A stretch of 64,000 nt of DNA from Candidatus Saccharimonadota bacterium (GCA_017515285.1 JAFWGN010000007.1:48921-112920); one strand, 5' to 3'. Counted from the first letter of the stretch, positions 45,883 through 55,227 are shown. Program-made: numbers and translations. The notes: generated from the letters alone by a model not told the origin.

Positions 45883-47352
45883 CTATTTATAGCTGTATAT
45901 GTATATTCTATCAGAATTGTCGCGATTTGGCGAGGTTACGATGCGGGAAAGGGCGTAGTTTTTTGGGAGAACGAACTCGTCTAGCTTCCCGAGGGTGGCG
46001 ATGTCTTCGCGGAGGTTGGCGGAGGCGAAGAGTTCGTCTTTTGGAGAGTAGATTTGGACGGCGTGGTGGCGGTCTTCAAAGACTTTGTAGAACTTCATGT
46101 CGAGGGAGTCTTCCGGAAGAACGAGAATGGAGTTTTCTTTGAGTTCTGATTTAACGAGAGAGAGGTCGGAGTTGAAATTGTTGGCGACGGCGGGGGTGTA
46201 TTTGTAGCCGTAAATGTAATGAGTGAGGCTCGGGACTATCATGAGGGCGAGAAGAATCGAAAGTGGGAAAATGGCGAAAATGCGAGCGTAAGGGTTCGCG
46301 GGGAAAAGGCCGTACCATTTTTCCAAAACGTAGCGGAGGCCGTGCGCGGTTAGGATCGAGAACGGGAGAATGAGAAGAAGTGCGGAGTCAGGGACAAGAC
46401 CGGAAAGGACGAGGGAGAAGACGATAAAGCAGCTCGCGATGGCGTTTCGGGAGGCGAAGAAGCCGCGGCGGGTGCTAATGAGGCCGACGAGAGCGAGGGC
46501 GAGGTGCGCGAGGCCGATTAGAGGAGAGAGGTGGACGCCTTCTAAAGGATGGTTCCAAGAGAAGAAGGGAGCGAAGCCGGTTTTGATGTTCTCGAAGAAT
46601 TTGGAAACGGATAAATTGTCGCCGAAGAAGATTGCGGAGGCGACGGCGGGGTTTGAGAAGATGTTAGTGAACCACATGACGAGTCCGCCGAGGATAATAA
46701 CGCCGACACAGATAAGGGGGAGTTTCGGGAGGGACTTTATCGTGAAGCGAAGATGAGGGTTCAGAAGCGCGAAGAAGATAATAAAAGCGACGAGGTAGAT
46801 TAGGTGCGGGGTGTAAATGGCGAGGAGAAGTGCAATAGCAAAAGCGAAGCACCAGAGAGGCTTGGGGGCTTTTTCACCTTGAATCTTGCTTCCGAGCCAA
46901 AGGAGAAGGGTTGGCCAGAAAACGAGCATGATTAGAGGAGTGCCGGAGCCGGTGAGGTAGAGGAAGGGGGTGCTTAAAACGGTGATAATTGAGGCAAGAA
47001 GAGCGACGTTGCTCTTAAACCAGCGGTTCAAAAGTAGAATTAAAAGGAGGCCGAGAGCGAGACCGACGAGGATGGAGGGGAGTTTAATGGCGTAGGGGGT
47101 TAGCCCGAAGATAAGGATGCTTATTTTTTGGAGGATATGGTAAGGTAAGTCGACGAGGTCGCCGGAAGTGATGCTTGAGAAATGGAGATTGTAGCTCGTG
47201 ACGACCGATTCACGCTCGAGTTCGGAAAGGCCGGCAGGGCTGATTAAAGGTAAAAGGAAAATTAGCGAGACGAAAGCGAGGCCGAGGGTGATATAGCCGA
47301 TAATGAAGCGGTAGCGGTAGAGAAAAAGTTTTGATATAACAATTCTACTCAT
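45883..47352 (-). CDS. Polytopic membrane protein, GT-C-like glycosyltransferase fold (PMT/ArnT-like) candidate
   Basis: About 12 hydrophobic segments and a C-terminal soluble domain. The start was set at the MSRIV ATG, which has TATAAT 7 nt upstream. The family assignment is tentative. Confidence 0.45.
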   Translation of the reverse strand: MSRIVISKLFLYRYRFIIGYITLGLAFVSLIFLLPLISPAGLSELERESVVTSYNLHFSSITSGDLVDLPYHILQKISILIFGLTPYAIKLPSILVGLALGLLLILLLNRWFKSNVALLASIITVLSTPFLYLTGSGTPLIMLVFWPTLLLWLGSKIQGEKAPKPLWCFAFAIALLLAIYTPHLIYLVAFIIFFALLNPHLRFTIKSLPKLPLICVGVIILGGLVMWFTNIFSNPAVASAIFFGDNLSVSKFFENIKTGFAPFFSWNHPLEGVHLSPLIGLAHLALALVGLISTRRGFFASRNAIASCFIVFSLVLSGLVPDSALLLILPFSILTAHGLRYVLEKWYGLFPANPYARIFAIFPLSILLALMIVPSLTHYIYGYKYTPAVANNFNSDLSLVKSELKENSILVLPEDSLDMKFYKVFEDRHHAVQIYSPKDELFASANLREDIATLGKLDEFVLPKNYALSRIVTSPNRDNSDRIYIYSYK

Positions 47353-47384
47353 TATAAGCATTATACCACAAAATTCGCAGCATT

Positions 47385-48773
47385 TTATTCTTCCGTGCGT
47401 TCTTTGTCGAGGGACATGAAGCGGAGGAGTTCGGGGTGGAAGTAGAGTTCGATTTTTCCGACGGCGCCGTGGCGGTGTTTGGCGATGATGAGTTCGGTGA
47501 TGTTAGTTGGGACGAAATCGTCGTTGTTTTGTTTGTAGTAGTCGGGGCGGTGAAGGAACATGACGAGGTCGGCGTCTTGCTCGATGGAGCCGGACTCGCG
47601 AAGGTCGGAGAGAACGGGGCGCGGGTCGTCGCGACCGGTGACGGAACGGGAGAGCTGGGCGAGGGCGATGACGGGGATTTCGAGTTCGCGGGCGAGTTGT
47701 TTAAGACCGCGGGAGATTTCCGTGACTTCTTGGACACGGTTGCCAGCGTAGCGGTCGGTACCTTGGAGAAGCTGGAGGTAATCGACGATAATCATACCGA
47801 GATCGTGTTCATGGGCGGCGCGACGAGCCTTATTTCGAAGCTCCAAAATAGTCATCGAACTCGAATCGTCGAGATAGAGTGGGACGTTGTCCATTTCTTC
47901 CAAAGCATCGCCGATTTTACCATAATCTTCGTCGGTAACGTTGCCGGTGCGGATTTTCCAGTTATCGACGCCGGAGACGTCGGAAATCATACGATCCACG
48001 ATTTCGTTGTTTGCCATTTCCATAGAGAAGAAGAGGACACCGCGATTGTTGATGGTCGCGGCATTGTAGGCGAGGTTTTCCGCGAAGGTGGTTTTACCCA
48101 TCGCCGGGCGGGCGCCGATGATGATTAAATCGCCTTTTTGGAAGCCGGCGGTTTTTTTGTCGAGGTCGCGGAAGCCGGTTTTGAGCCCACGCAGAGCGCC
48201 CTTGTTTTTATGGAGTTCTTCCATGCGGTCGAACGCGTCGGCGAGGAGGCTATCGAGGGCGACGTAGTCGGTTTTGGTAACTTGGTCGGTGACGGTGTAG
48301 AGTTCTTTCTCGGCGCTGCCTAAAAGTTCGGTTGTATCCCGCGACTCGTCGTAACCTGATTCGGAGATGGCGGTGCCGGCGGCGATAAGGCGGCGGCGAA
48401 TGGCGGTTTGGGAAACGAGATTGGCGTAGGCTTCGGAGTGGGTGGCGGTCGGGACGAAGTTGGTGAGTTCGGTCAGATAGGCGGCGCCACCGACGGCTTT
48501 TAGGTCCTTGTTCTTGCGAAGCTCGGCGGTTAAGGTTAAGAGGTCAATCGGGGAGTGGTGTTGGTAAAGGGTTGTCATCGCGTGAAAAATTTTCGCGTGG
48601 CGTTGGTCGTAGAAATCTTTGAATTTTACGACTTCGAGTAAATCGGGGAAATTAGTGTCGGACAAAAGAATGGCGCCGATTAGGGATTTTTCGGCGTTCA
48701 AATCTTGCGGGGGGATGCGGCCGCCGCTTTTTTCGGTTGGGTTGAAGTCGGAATTAGAAAGGGATTCCTCCAT
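47385..48773 (-). CDS. dnaB: Replicative DNA helicase DnaB
   Basis: Walker A GARPAMGKTTFA, the DnaB N-terminal domain, and H4 motifs. Confidence 0.95.
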   Translation of the reverse strand: MEESLSNSDFNPTEKSGGRIPPQDLNAEKSLIGAILLSDTNFPDLLEVVKFKDFYDQRHAKIFHAMTTLYQHHSPIDLLTLTAELRKNKDLKAVGGAAYLTELTNFVPTATHSEAYANLVSQTAIRRRLIAAGTAISESGYDESRDTTELLGSAEKELYTVTDQVTKTDYVALDSLLADAFDRMEELHKNKGALRGLKTGFRDLDKKTAGFQKGDLIIIGARPAMGKTTFAENLAYNAATINNRGVLFFSMEMANNEIVDRMISDVSGVDNWKIRTGNVTDEDYGKIGDALEEMDNVPLYLDDSSSMTILELRNKARRAAHEHDLGMIIVDYLQLLQGTDRYAGNRVQEVTEISRGLKQLARELEIPVIALAQLSRSVTGRDDPRPVLSDLRESGSIEQDADLVMFLHRPDYYKQNNDDFVPTNITELIIAKHRHGAVGKIELYFHPELLRFMSLDKERTEE

Positions 48774-50178
48774 TGTCGTTATTTACCTCCTGTGCTCCTC
48801 CCATTATATCAGAAATTTGTCGAAGTTCGGGAGATTTTTCGAGCTCGTCGGGGTTGTGAATCACGAAATCCTTGTTAAAATTACTTTTTAATATCTCGCT
48901 GTTGCTGGGGCGTTCGAGGATTGCTTTTGTTATTTTCTTTGGAGGGTAAATATCAATTTGGGTATCTGATTCGATGATTTTGCATTTTGAGAGCTGTTGC
49001 TTCAAAGCCGGGGTGAGAGTTTCTGCCGCCTTGCGCAAACCTTCGCTTGCGTCGCCGGCGTCCTCGCGCCCGTCGTTACGGGGCTCGGCGCCTAATACTC
49101 GGTCGTGACCTCCGTGTTGCGCCGCAATCGAAGGATTTGCTCCGGCGGCTTCGTCGCCTTTTAGGTCGTCTCGGAAGACTTGTGGATTTTCTTTAATGTG
49201 AGAAAAAGGAGTTTTCGATTCACTTTCAACATTCGTCCCGCTCGTTTTTAATCCGTCCAAAAAGGCTAACAATAACTTTGCTTCGGGGTAGGGGGCGGAG
49301 ACGGTGGGGAGGGAGGCGAGGAGGGGGAGAAGTTCCGGAGTGGGGGAGGAGACGATGCGGGAGAGGGCGGAGGAGGCGATGGACTCAGGTTTGAGGCCGG
49401 AGTTTAAGAGGTCTTTTAGGATTTTTGTGATTTCGGGGGAGTTGGCGGAAGTGTAGGCGGAGAGGAGGCTAGAGATGGCGGAGTCGAGCGGGAGGCCGAG
49501 GCAGTTTGCGACGTCTTGCTCGGAGATTTGGGCTTTGTCGTTGTCGAGCGTTGAGATCTGGTCGAGGAGAGAGAGGGAGTCGCGGAAAGAACCGCCGCCT
49601 TTTTCGATAATTAGATTAAGCGCAGAATCTTCGATTTTGATGTGTTCTTTTTCGCAGATTTGCTTTAAGTGAGGGAGCATGACGTCGGGCGGGGCGAGGC
49701 GAAAAGTAAAAACCTGGCTTCGGGACGTTATGGTTATCGGGACTTTTTCGAGGTCGGTGGTCGCGAGAATGAAAACAACGTGCGCCGGTGGTTCTTCGAG
49801 GGTTTTTAAGAGCGCATTAAAGGCGGATTTCGAAAGCATATGCACTTCGTCGATGATATAGACCTTAAACCTCCCCTCCGAGGGCGCAACCATGGCTTTT
49901 TCGCGGAGGTCGCGGATGTTATCGACGCCGGTGTTCGAGGCGGCGTCGATTTCGATGATGTCGAGATAACTGTCTTCAAGTTCATATTTGAAGCCGTTGA
50001 TTTCGTGCGCTAAGATGCGGGCGACGGAAGTTTTCCCGCAACCGCGAGGGCCGGTAAAAAGATAACTATGGGAGACTTTGCCGGATTTTAAGGCGCCGTC
50101 TAGGGGCCTTGTTACTTGGTCTTGCCCGACGACTTCGGCGAGGGTTTTCGGGCGGTATTTGCGATAGAGAGCAAGCAT
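48754..50178 (-). CDS. dnaX: DNA polymerase III subunit gamma/tau
   Basis: GPRGCGKTS Walker A, DEVHML, and an SRC clamp-loader motif region. The C-terminal region carries the inserted peptide ..EPRNDGRE.. Confidence 0.9.
   Translation of the reverse strand: MLALYRKYRPKTLAEVVGQDQVTRPLDGALKSGKVSHSYLFTGPRGCGKTSVARILAHEINGFKYELEDSYLDIIEIDAASNTGVDNIRDLREKAMVAPSEGRFKVYIIDEVHMLSKSAFNALLKTLEEPPAHVVFILATTDLEKVPITITSRSQVFTFRLAPPDVMLPHLKQICEKEHIKIEDSALNLIIEKGGGSFRDSLSLLDQISTLDNDKAQISEQDVANCLGLPLDSAISSLLSAYTSANSPEITKILKDLLNSGLKPESIASSALSRIVSSPTPELLPLLASLPTVSAPYPEAKLLLAFLDGLKTSGTNVESESKTPFSHIKENPQVFRDDLKGDEAAGANPSIAAQHGGHDRVLGAEPRNDGREDAGDASEGLRKAAETLTPALKQQLSKCKIIESDTQIDIYPPKKITKAILERPSNSEILKSNFNKDFVIHNPDELEKSPELRQISDIMGGAQEVNNDNGGIPF
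49040..49125. repeat. GC-rich hairpin repeat (RPE-like) copy inside dnaX coding sequence
   Basis: 49063-49087 is identical to 15369-15393 in lysS. 49046-49120 aligns with the intergenic copy at 58800-58890 (tcgcttgcg...gcgcc(c)taatactcggYcgtRRcctccgtgttg). Confidence 0.6.
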
Positions 50179-50699
50179 TATAGCGCGGCTTCGACGGCGG
50201 CCCAGGCGGCGTCTTCGTTGTTTGCCGGGATGACGACGGAGACTTGGGAACCTTCGCGGAGATGGAAGTAGGTGACGGAAGCGTAGAGGATTTCGTATTC
50301 GCGGCCGGCGACTTCGACGTAGTATTTGTCGTCGTGGTGCGTGAGCGTTCCGATGACGCTCTTTCTTTCGACGGGGCCAATTTGCTTGTAGAGGAAACGG
50401 CCGTCGGGAGTGATAGTGAGTTTCATGAGGTCGCCCTCGACGAGCTTGGACTTTGAAGCGTAGTTAGCGGGGACAGGGTAGTTCTTTCCGTCGGGACCGA
50501 TCATGATTTGGCCGTCGAAGACGCCTTCGATAACCTTGCCGTCCGGGTCGGAGACTACGGTCTCGCGAGGGGCGGTAATTATATCGCCATCGCCTAAAAC
50601 GGAGTTCAGAAGCTCCTTAGCGGCGGCTAGATTAGTTTCGGCATCCTGCAAGAGGCTGCGCAATCGTTTTATTTGTTTTTCTGGTAGTTCAGACATCAC
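50178..50699 (-). CDS. Hypothetical protein (173 aa), translationally coupled upstream of dnaX
   Basis: Its stop codon overlaps the dnaX start by 1 nt. No domain recognised. Confidence 0.45.
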   Translation of the reverse strand: MMSELPEKQIKRLRSLLQDAETNLAAAKELLNSVLGDGDIITAPRETVVSDPDGKVIEGVFDGQIMIGPDGKNYPVPANYASKSKLVEGDLMKLTITPDGRFLYKQIGPVERKSVIGTLTHHDDKYYVEVAGREYEILYASVTYFHLREGSQVSVVIPANNEDAAWAAVEAAL

Positions 50700-50826
50700 C
50701 TCGCGTCCTGTCTATTTTGATATAGTACTATTATTATATTATATGACTTTGGGGGCGATGTCAAGACGGAAGTTTTCCACTAAATTTTAAGATAAAGTCG
50801 TCAAAATGTTGTAAAAAATAAGTTGG

Positions 50827-51258
50827 CTATTCGTGGTGGTAATGAGAGCCGCGAGAGATTTCGTAGGCACGGTAGAGTTGCTCGGAGACGATGAGGCGGG
50901 CGAGCATATGTGGGAAGACGAGTTTGCCGAAGCTCCAGACAAAATGGGCGCGTTCTCTGGCTTCTTCGGTGACGCCGAAAGGGCCGCCGATGACGATATA
51001 GACTTCGCGAGAGTAAGTAAACTCTTCTTGGAGAAGTTGGGAGAGTTCGGGGGAAGTGATTTCTTTGCCGCGCTCGTCGGCAATAATAACGAACGCATCC
51101 TCCGGGAACTTCCATTTTGAGAGAAGAACGTCGAGCTCTTCCGCCTCGTAAAAAGTAAAGTCGAAGTCGAAGGGCTTTCGGACCTTTTTCATGTAGTCGT
51201 CGATAAGCCAGAAATATTCTCCTTTGTGTTTCTTGCCACCTGCTATAATATGAACCAT
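50827..51258 (-). CDS. rlmH: 23S rRNA (pseudouridine1915-N3)-methyltransferase RlmH (SPOUT)
   Basis: 143 aa, SPOUT knot motifs (...VYIVIGGPFG...). Confidence 0.8.
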   Translation of the reverse strand: MVHIIAGGKKHKGEYFWLIDDYMKKVRKPFDFDFTFYEAEELDVLLSKWKFPEDAFVIIADERGKEITSPELSQLLQEEFTYSREVYIVIGGPFGVTEEARERAHFVWSFGKLVFPHMLARLIVSEQLYRAYEISRGSHYHHE

Positions 51259-51261
51259 ATA

Positions 51262-51290
51262 TTTACAATTTTAACACTTTTTGGTATAAT
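51262..51290 (+). promoter_or_regulatory. Sigma70-type promoter of rplJL (TTTACA-17 nt-TATAAT) followed by an L10-leader-like 5' UTR of about 110 nt
   Basis: tttaca at 51262-51267, a 17-nt spacer, and tataat at 51285-51290. Confidence 0.5.
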
Positions 51291-51406
51291 ATGACAAGTT
51301 ACCAAAGACAGCGACGGGAGAAATCCTTAATAATGTCGCCGAGGCTATTCTTCATAAAGTTGGTAACGGAATTTAACAATCCGTGAACTTAAACAAGGAA
51401 AACTAA

Positions 51407-51928
51407 ATGGCTATCTCTAAAGATAAAAAATCCACTTTAGTTGCTGATTTGACTAATCTACTTTCGGATGCGAAGGCGACCGTCTTTGCGCGTTATCAAG
51501 GCCTTACCGTGGCGGAGCTCCAAGAGCTACGTGCGCAGGCCCGCGAGAACGGCGTTAAGATTAAGGTCGTTAAAAACCGCTTAGTGAGAGTGGCGATGAA
51601 CGAAATCGCGGTTTATAAGGATACTGATACGACCGGGCTTACCGGACAGCTCCTTTATGCGATTTCCGATTCTGACGAAATCATGCCGGCGAAAGTCCTC
51701 GCGAATTTTGCGAAGACCCACGAGGCGCTTGAACTCCAAGGCGGATTCTCTGATCTTGGCGCGGCGCTTTCTGCCGACGAAGTGAAGACCTTGGCCCAGA
51801 TGCCGACGAAGAACGAGATGATCGCGCAAGTGGTCGCTACGCTTCTTTCGCCGATGGGCGATACCATTTCCGCCACCGCTGGTGGACTTTCTGGTATTAT
51901 TTCCGGTCTTGAAAACCACGCGAAATAG
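51407..51928 (+). CDS. rplJ: 50S ribosomal protein L10
   Basis: MAISKDKKSTLVADLTNLLSDAKATVFARYQGLTVAEL... L10. Confidence 0.95.
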   Translation: MAISKDKKSTLVADLTNLLSDAKATVFARYQGLTVAELQELRAQARENGVKIKVVKNRLVRVAMNEIAVYKDTDTTGLTGQLLYAISDSDEIMPAKVLANFAKTHEALELQGGFSDLGAALSADEVKTLAQMPTKNEMIAQVVATLLSPMGDTISATAGGLSGIISGLENHAK

Positions 51929-51976
51929 TCAAACCACGACTGTTATAAACTATTAATTATTGAAAGGAGTCATTAA

Positions 51977-52354
51977 ATGGCTGCTGATATTAAAAAATTG
52001 GCTGAAGAACTCGTCAATTTGACCGTTCTTGAAGTCAACGAACTCAAAAACACCCTTAAAGATGAATATGGCATCGAGCCGGCCGCGGCCGCCGTTGCTG
52101 TTGCTGCTGCTCCTGCCGAAGGCGGTGCTGCGGCTGAAGAAAAATCTGAATTCGACGTCGTCCTTAAAGACGCCGGCGCTCAGAAGATTGCTGTCATCAA
52201 GGCCGTCAAAGAGGCGACTGGCCTCGGTCTTGGCGAAGCCAAGGCAATCGTTGATGGTGCTCCTGCTACCGTCAAAGAGAAAGTCAAGAAAGACGAAGCT
52301 GAAGCCCTCAAGAAATCTCTTGAGGAAGCTGGCGCGACCGTCGAGCTTGCTTAG
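51977..52354 (+). CDS. rplL: 50S ribosomal protein L7/L12
   Basis: N-terminal dimerisation helix, an Ala/Pro hinge, and a C-terminal domain (...[27 protein letters not shown]...). Confidence 0.95.
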   Translation: MAADIKKLAEELVNLTVLEVNELKNTLKDEYGIEPAAAAVAVAAAPAEGGAAAEEKSEFDVVLKDAGAQKIAVIKAVKEATGLGLGEAKAIVDGAPATVKEKVKKDEAEALKKSLEEAGATVELA

Positions 52355-52391
52355 TCAAATCGCTATTAAAAATTCACGGATTGTTACGAAA

Positions 52392-52425
52392 AATCCTCTC
52401 GGGCGCTCGCTTGAGGGGATTTTTG
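52392..52425 (+). terminator. Rho-independent terminator after rplL
   Basis: aAUCCUCucgggcgcucgcuuGAGGgGAUuuuug. A second perfect 10-bp hairpin (tccgggtttc...gaaacccgga) lies at 52440-52480. Confidence 0.45.
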
Positions 52426-52685
52426 ATAGCCTTCCTGACTCCGGGTTTCAGCTAGAGGACTTATTTGAAACCCGGAGCTAGAAAAACTATCCGTATTTCC
52501 GTAAGTATATATGTATATAGTATATAATATATACTATATACCCAAAATAGTCCATCCCGGGGAGTGTAAGGGGCTCTTCTTTTTCTCTGTTTTATGGTAT
52601 AATTAAAAAGTATTCTTGGGAATTTATTTATGAGTCATCGATCAAGAATAGGACATTCACATTTTTGGAAAGGAGAGTGATTCTC

Positions 52686-52874
52686 ATGGAGAAGAAGCGC
52701 AAAATCATCACGCTATACGAGGAGGATATTAAAAAAGTCCTCGCCAAGGAATACGGTGTCCACTGCGAGGATGTTCGTATCCAGCATGAAAATTATGAAT
52801 TTTCCGGCCTTAGCGGTCACGCTATTCCCGCTACTCGTTACATGGCTAAGATTTTGGTAAATAAGGAGGAGTAA
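52686..52874 (+). CDS. Small hypothetical protein (62 aa), first gene of a three-gene operon
   Basis: RBS ggaaaggagag 8 nt before the ATG. The track start at 52665 is a TTG in the RBS region. Confidence 0.45.
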   Translation: MEKKRKIITLYEEDIKKVLAKEYGVHCEDVRIQHENYEFSGLSGHAIPATRYMAKILVNKEE

Positions 52875-52878
52875 ACGT

Positions 52879-53649
52879 ATGAAACGTATGATACGTATTG
52901 GCATCATTGGGGGGATGAGCTATGAATCGACCCTCCACTACTACAAGCAAATTAACCAAGAGGTTTACAAGCGAACTCATGGGCTTGCTTTTCCTGATTT
53001 GGCGATTCGAAGCGTAAACTTTCAGGAATATCGCAAGCTGATGAGGAAGGGAGACTGGAAACGCATTGGCGAGTTATTAGGTGGCGAAGCCTGGGAACTT
53101 GCGTATGGTTTTTATTGCGACTATATTGCGATAGCAACAAATACCATGCATAAGGTTGCAGGAGATATTGTGCGGACGGTCGAAGGAACACCAGATTTTC
53201 CTTTTCGTCGCTTTGACGGGTTTTATCCTGAACTCGTCCACATCGGCGATTGTATTGCTGAAAAGTGCAACGAAATTAATGCGAAAAAAGTTCTGCTTCT
53301 CGGCACTGAATTCACGATGACCGAAGATTTCATGAAGGCCCGTTTGAAAACTCATGAAATTGAGGCTATGGACACGAGCAGCTACCCCAAAGAAATTTAT
53401 AAGATTGATCGCATCATCTTCGAGGAGCTGTGTCACGGCATTGTAACTCCCAAGTCAAAGAAGTTTATGATGAATTTCGTGCGCCAATTCCTGTCGGATT
53501 CCGAATTCAAGCCCGACGCAATCGTTCTCGGTTGCACCGAGCTGAACATGATTTTAGAACCAGGCGACGTGGATATTTCGCTTATTGACTCGACCAAAGC
53601 GCATATCGACAAGCTCGTCAATTTGTACTTAGAAAACTCGGAGGTGTAA
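52879..53649 (+). CDS. Asp/Glu/hydantoin racemase superfamily protein with Thr replacing the first catalytic Cys (Thr/Cys type)
   Basis: IGIIGGMS N-terminal motif. The first active-site motif reads IAIATNTMH where the canonical form is a CNTAH-type motif; the second is LGCTELN. RBS aaggagg. Confidence 0.7.
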   Translation: MKRMIRIGIIGGMSYESTLHYYKQINQEVYKRTHGLAFPDLAIRSVNFQEYRKLMRKGDWKRIGELLGGEAWELAYGFYCDYIAIATNTMHKVAGDIVRTVEGTPDFPFRRFDGFYPELVHIGDCIAEKCNEINAKKVLLLGTEFTMTEDFMKARLKTHEIEAMDTSSYPKEIYKIDRIIFEELCHGIVTPKSKKFMMNFVRQFLSDSEFKPDAIVLGCTELNMILEPGDVDISLIDSTKAHIDKLVNLYLENSEV

Positions 53650-53654
53650 ATAAT

Positions 53655-54110
53655 ATGGAAGAACGTATTTACGGACTGGATACCGGAGGGTACGATCCTC
53701 AGAAAGTCGCCGCAATGGCCGACTGGGAGCTGTTTTTAGAGTATTATTCTATTACGCTCGTCGCATGGCGTATGAACCACGATACTGTCAGGGACTATTC
53801 CAGGGGTTATGTTTCAGAAGACGAGTATAAATCGGTAGCAAAAGAACTTGAGAGGTTGCAATACCCCATTGAGTACCTGCTCTATACCATTTCAAAGCGC
53901 AATGATATCGAGGTGAACGAGCCGACTGCCGGTAAGCATATTTCTCCCAATCGCGAGGTATTTATGAGGTGGTATGGCTTTTATGATGACTACTTCATGC
54001 ATAAGATATCCGATGAAGTGTGGCACGATTTTGAACAGAAACGCAAGGACGGCGCTGATATTTCGGAATACTTGCCCGAAGGCGATTGGCGGAATTACGG
54101 CCAGACATAG
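53655..54110 (+). CDS. Hypothetical aromatic-rich protein (151 aa)
   Basis: RBS ggaggtg. It lies 5 nt after the racemase-family gene. No domain recognised. Confidence 0.5.
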   Translation: MEERIYGLDTGGYDPQKVAAMADWELFLEYYSITLVAWRMNHDTVRDYSRGYVSEDEYKSVAKELERLQYPIEYLLYTISKRNDIEVNEPTAGKHISPNREVFMRWYGFYDDYFMHKISDEVWHDFEQKRKDGADISEYLPEGDWRNYGQT

Positions 54111-54340
54111 ACAACTACCTTTCCGAAAACTCAAAAAGCTCGACTCCGGTCGGGCTTTTCTTTTCTTAATTTTATGTTATAACTGATGGGTAGTCGCGTC
54201 TTAAGTGACTAAGTAGTCTTCGATTCTTGACTCAAGGAGGAATTGTCATAACACAATGAATCAGATTTTCGTTATTGACGTAGCTGAAGCCGTTACGAAG
54301 TATTCTGACGAGTATAAGGACAAGATTTATTAATTACTTC

Positions 54341-54366
54341 AAGGGCGCTCTTCGGAGCGTCCTTTT
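54341..54366 (+). terminator. Hairpin terminator (GGGCGCTC ttcg GAGCGTCC + UUUUU) following a 25-codon mini-ORF
   Basis: Seen directly. A TATAAT box follows at 54371-54376. Confidence 0.45.
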
Positions 54367-54385
54367 TCATGGTATAATGTATGGT

Positions 54386-54988
54386 ATGAAGAACGAAATT
54401 GAGGCACAGTTTTTAGATATTGATAAAGAGGATATTCGGGCAAAATTAAAGAAGTTCGGCGCAAAACTAGTAAAGCCGGAAGTTCTAATGAAGCGTGTTG
54501 TTTTTTCTCTTGACGACCATCGTTATGCTCGCGTCCGTGACGAGGGCGACAAAATCGTCATGACCTATAAAAACGTTCTCGACGGAAATTCCATTCTCGG
54601 CACCAAAGAAGTGAACGTCGTCGTCGACGACTATGATAACGCAATTTTGCTTCTCAAGAGTTGTGGCTTAAAGCCAAAATCTCGTGAAGAATCTTATCGT
54701 GAAAAATGGATGCTCGGTAGTGTTGAACTTTGCATCGACACTTGGCCTTGGATTCCGACCTTTTTAGAAATTGAGGGACCAAGCGAAGAGGAAGTCTGGG
54801 AAGTTGCGAAGAAACTAGGGCTAGATAAGTCTAAGGCTAAGTTTGGCTCAGTTGATTCAACCTATCGTCATTATTACGGAATTGACGAGTCAGTTTTTAA
54901 TAATGAAACCCCTCGGGTCGACTTTGAAATGAATCCGCCGAAATGGGCGAAGAAAGCAGAGCTAGGCAGACGACAGGAATCGTCGTGA
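54386..54988 (+). CDS. CYTH-domain protein (CyaB/thiamine-triphosphatase-like triphosphate tunnel metalloenzyme)
   Basis: The N-terminal EIEAQFLDID (EIExKFL signature) and the about 200-aa size fit CYTH. The start is at the ATG with TATAAT 7 nt upstream. Confidence 0.6.
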   Translation: MKNEIEAQFLDIDKEDIRAKLKKFGAKLVKPEVLMKRVVFSLDDHRYARVRDEGDKIVMTYKNVLDGNSILGTKEVNVVVDDYDNAILLLKSCGLKPKSREESYREKWMLGSVELCIDTWPWIPTFLEIEGPSEEEVWEVAKKLGLDKSKAKFGSVDSTYRHYYGIDESVFNNETPRVDFEMNPPKWAKKAELGRRQESS

Positions 54989-55227
54989 GCGGCAGATCTG
55001 AAATTATTTACGATGACCGCCTCATGGAGCGAAACCCAAAAACATCCCTCGACATCTGGTGGGAGTATGTTATAATTATATGGATTTGGCGACTAGTCAA
55101 ATAGATTGCTTAAAATGTGCTTAGAAAAGGAGGGGTATCTATGTTTGTAGTAGAAAATTGAGCGTGACCTCAGTGGACCGTGATCATCTTGTCGCTTATA
55201 ACTTTGCATGAAAAGAGGCGATATTCT

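Noticed and set aside
52480-52560. TA-repeat tract (tatatgtatatagtatataatatatactatata) as a mobile-element end or origin
   Set aside because: No flanking direct repeats, no transposase/integrase genes nearby, and no DnaA-box clusters. It is treated simply as an AT-rich boundary or promoter region of the accessory block.
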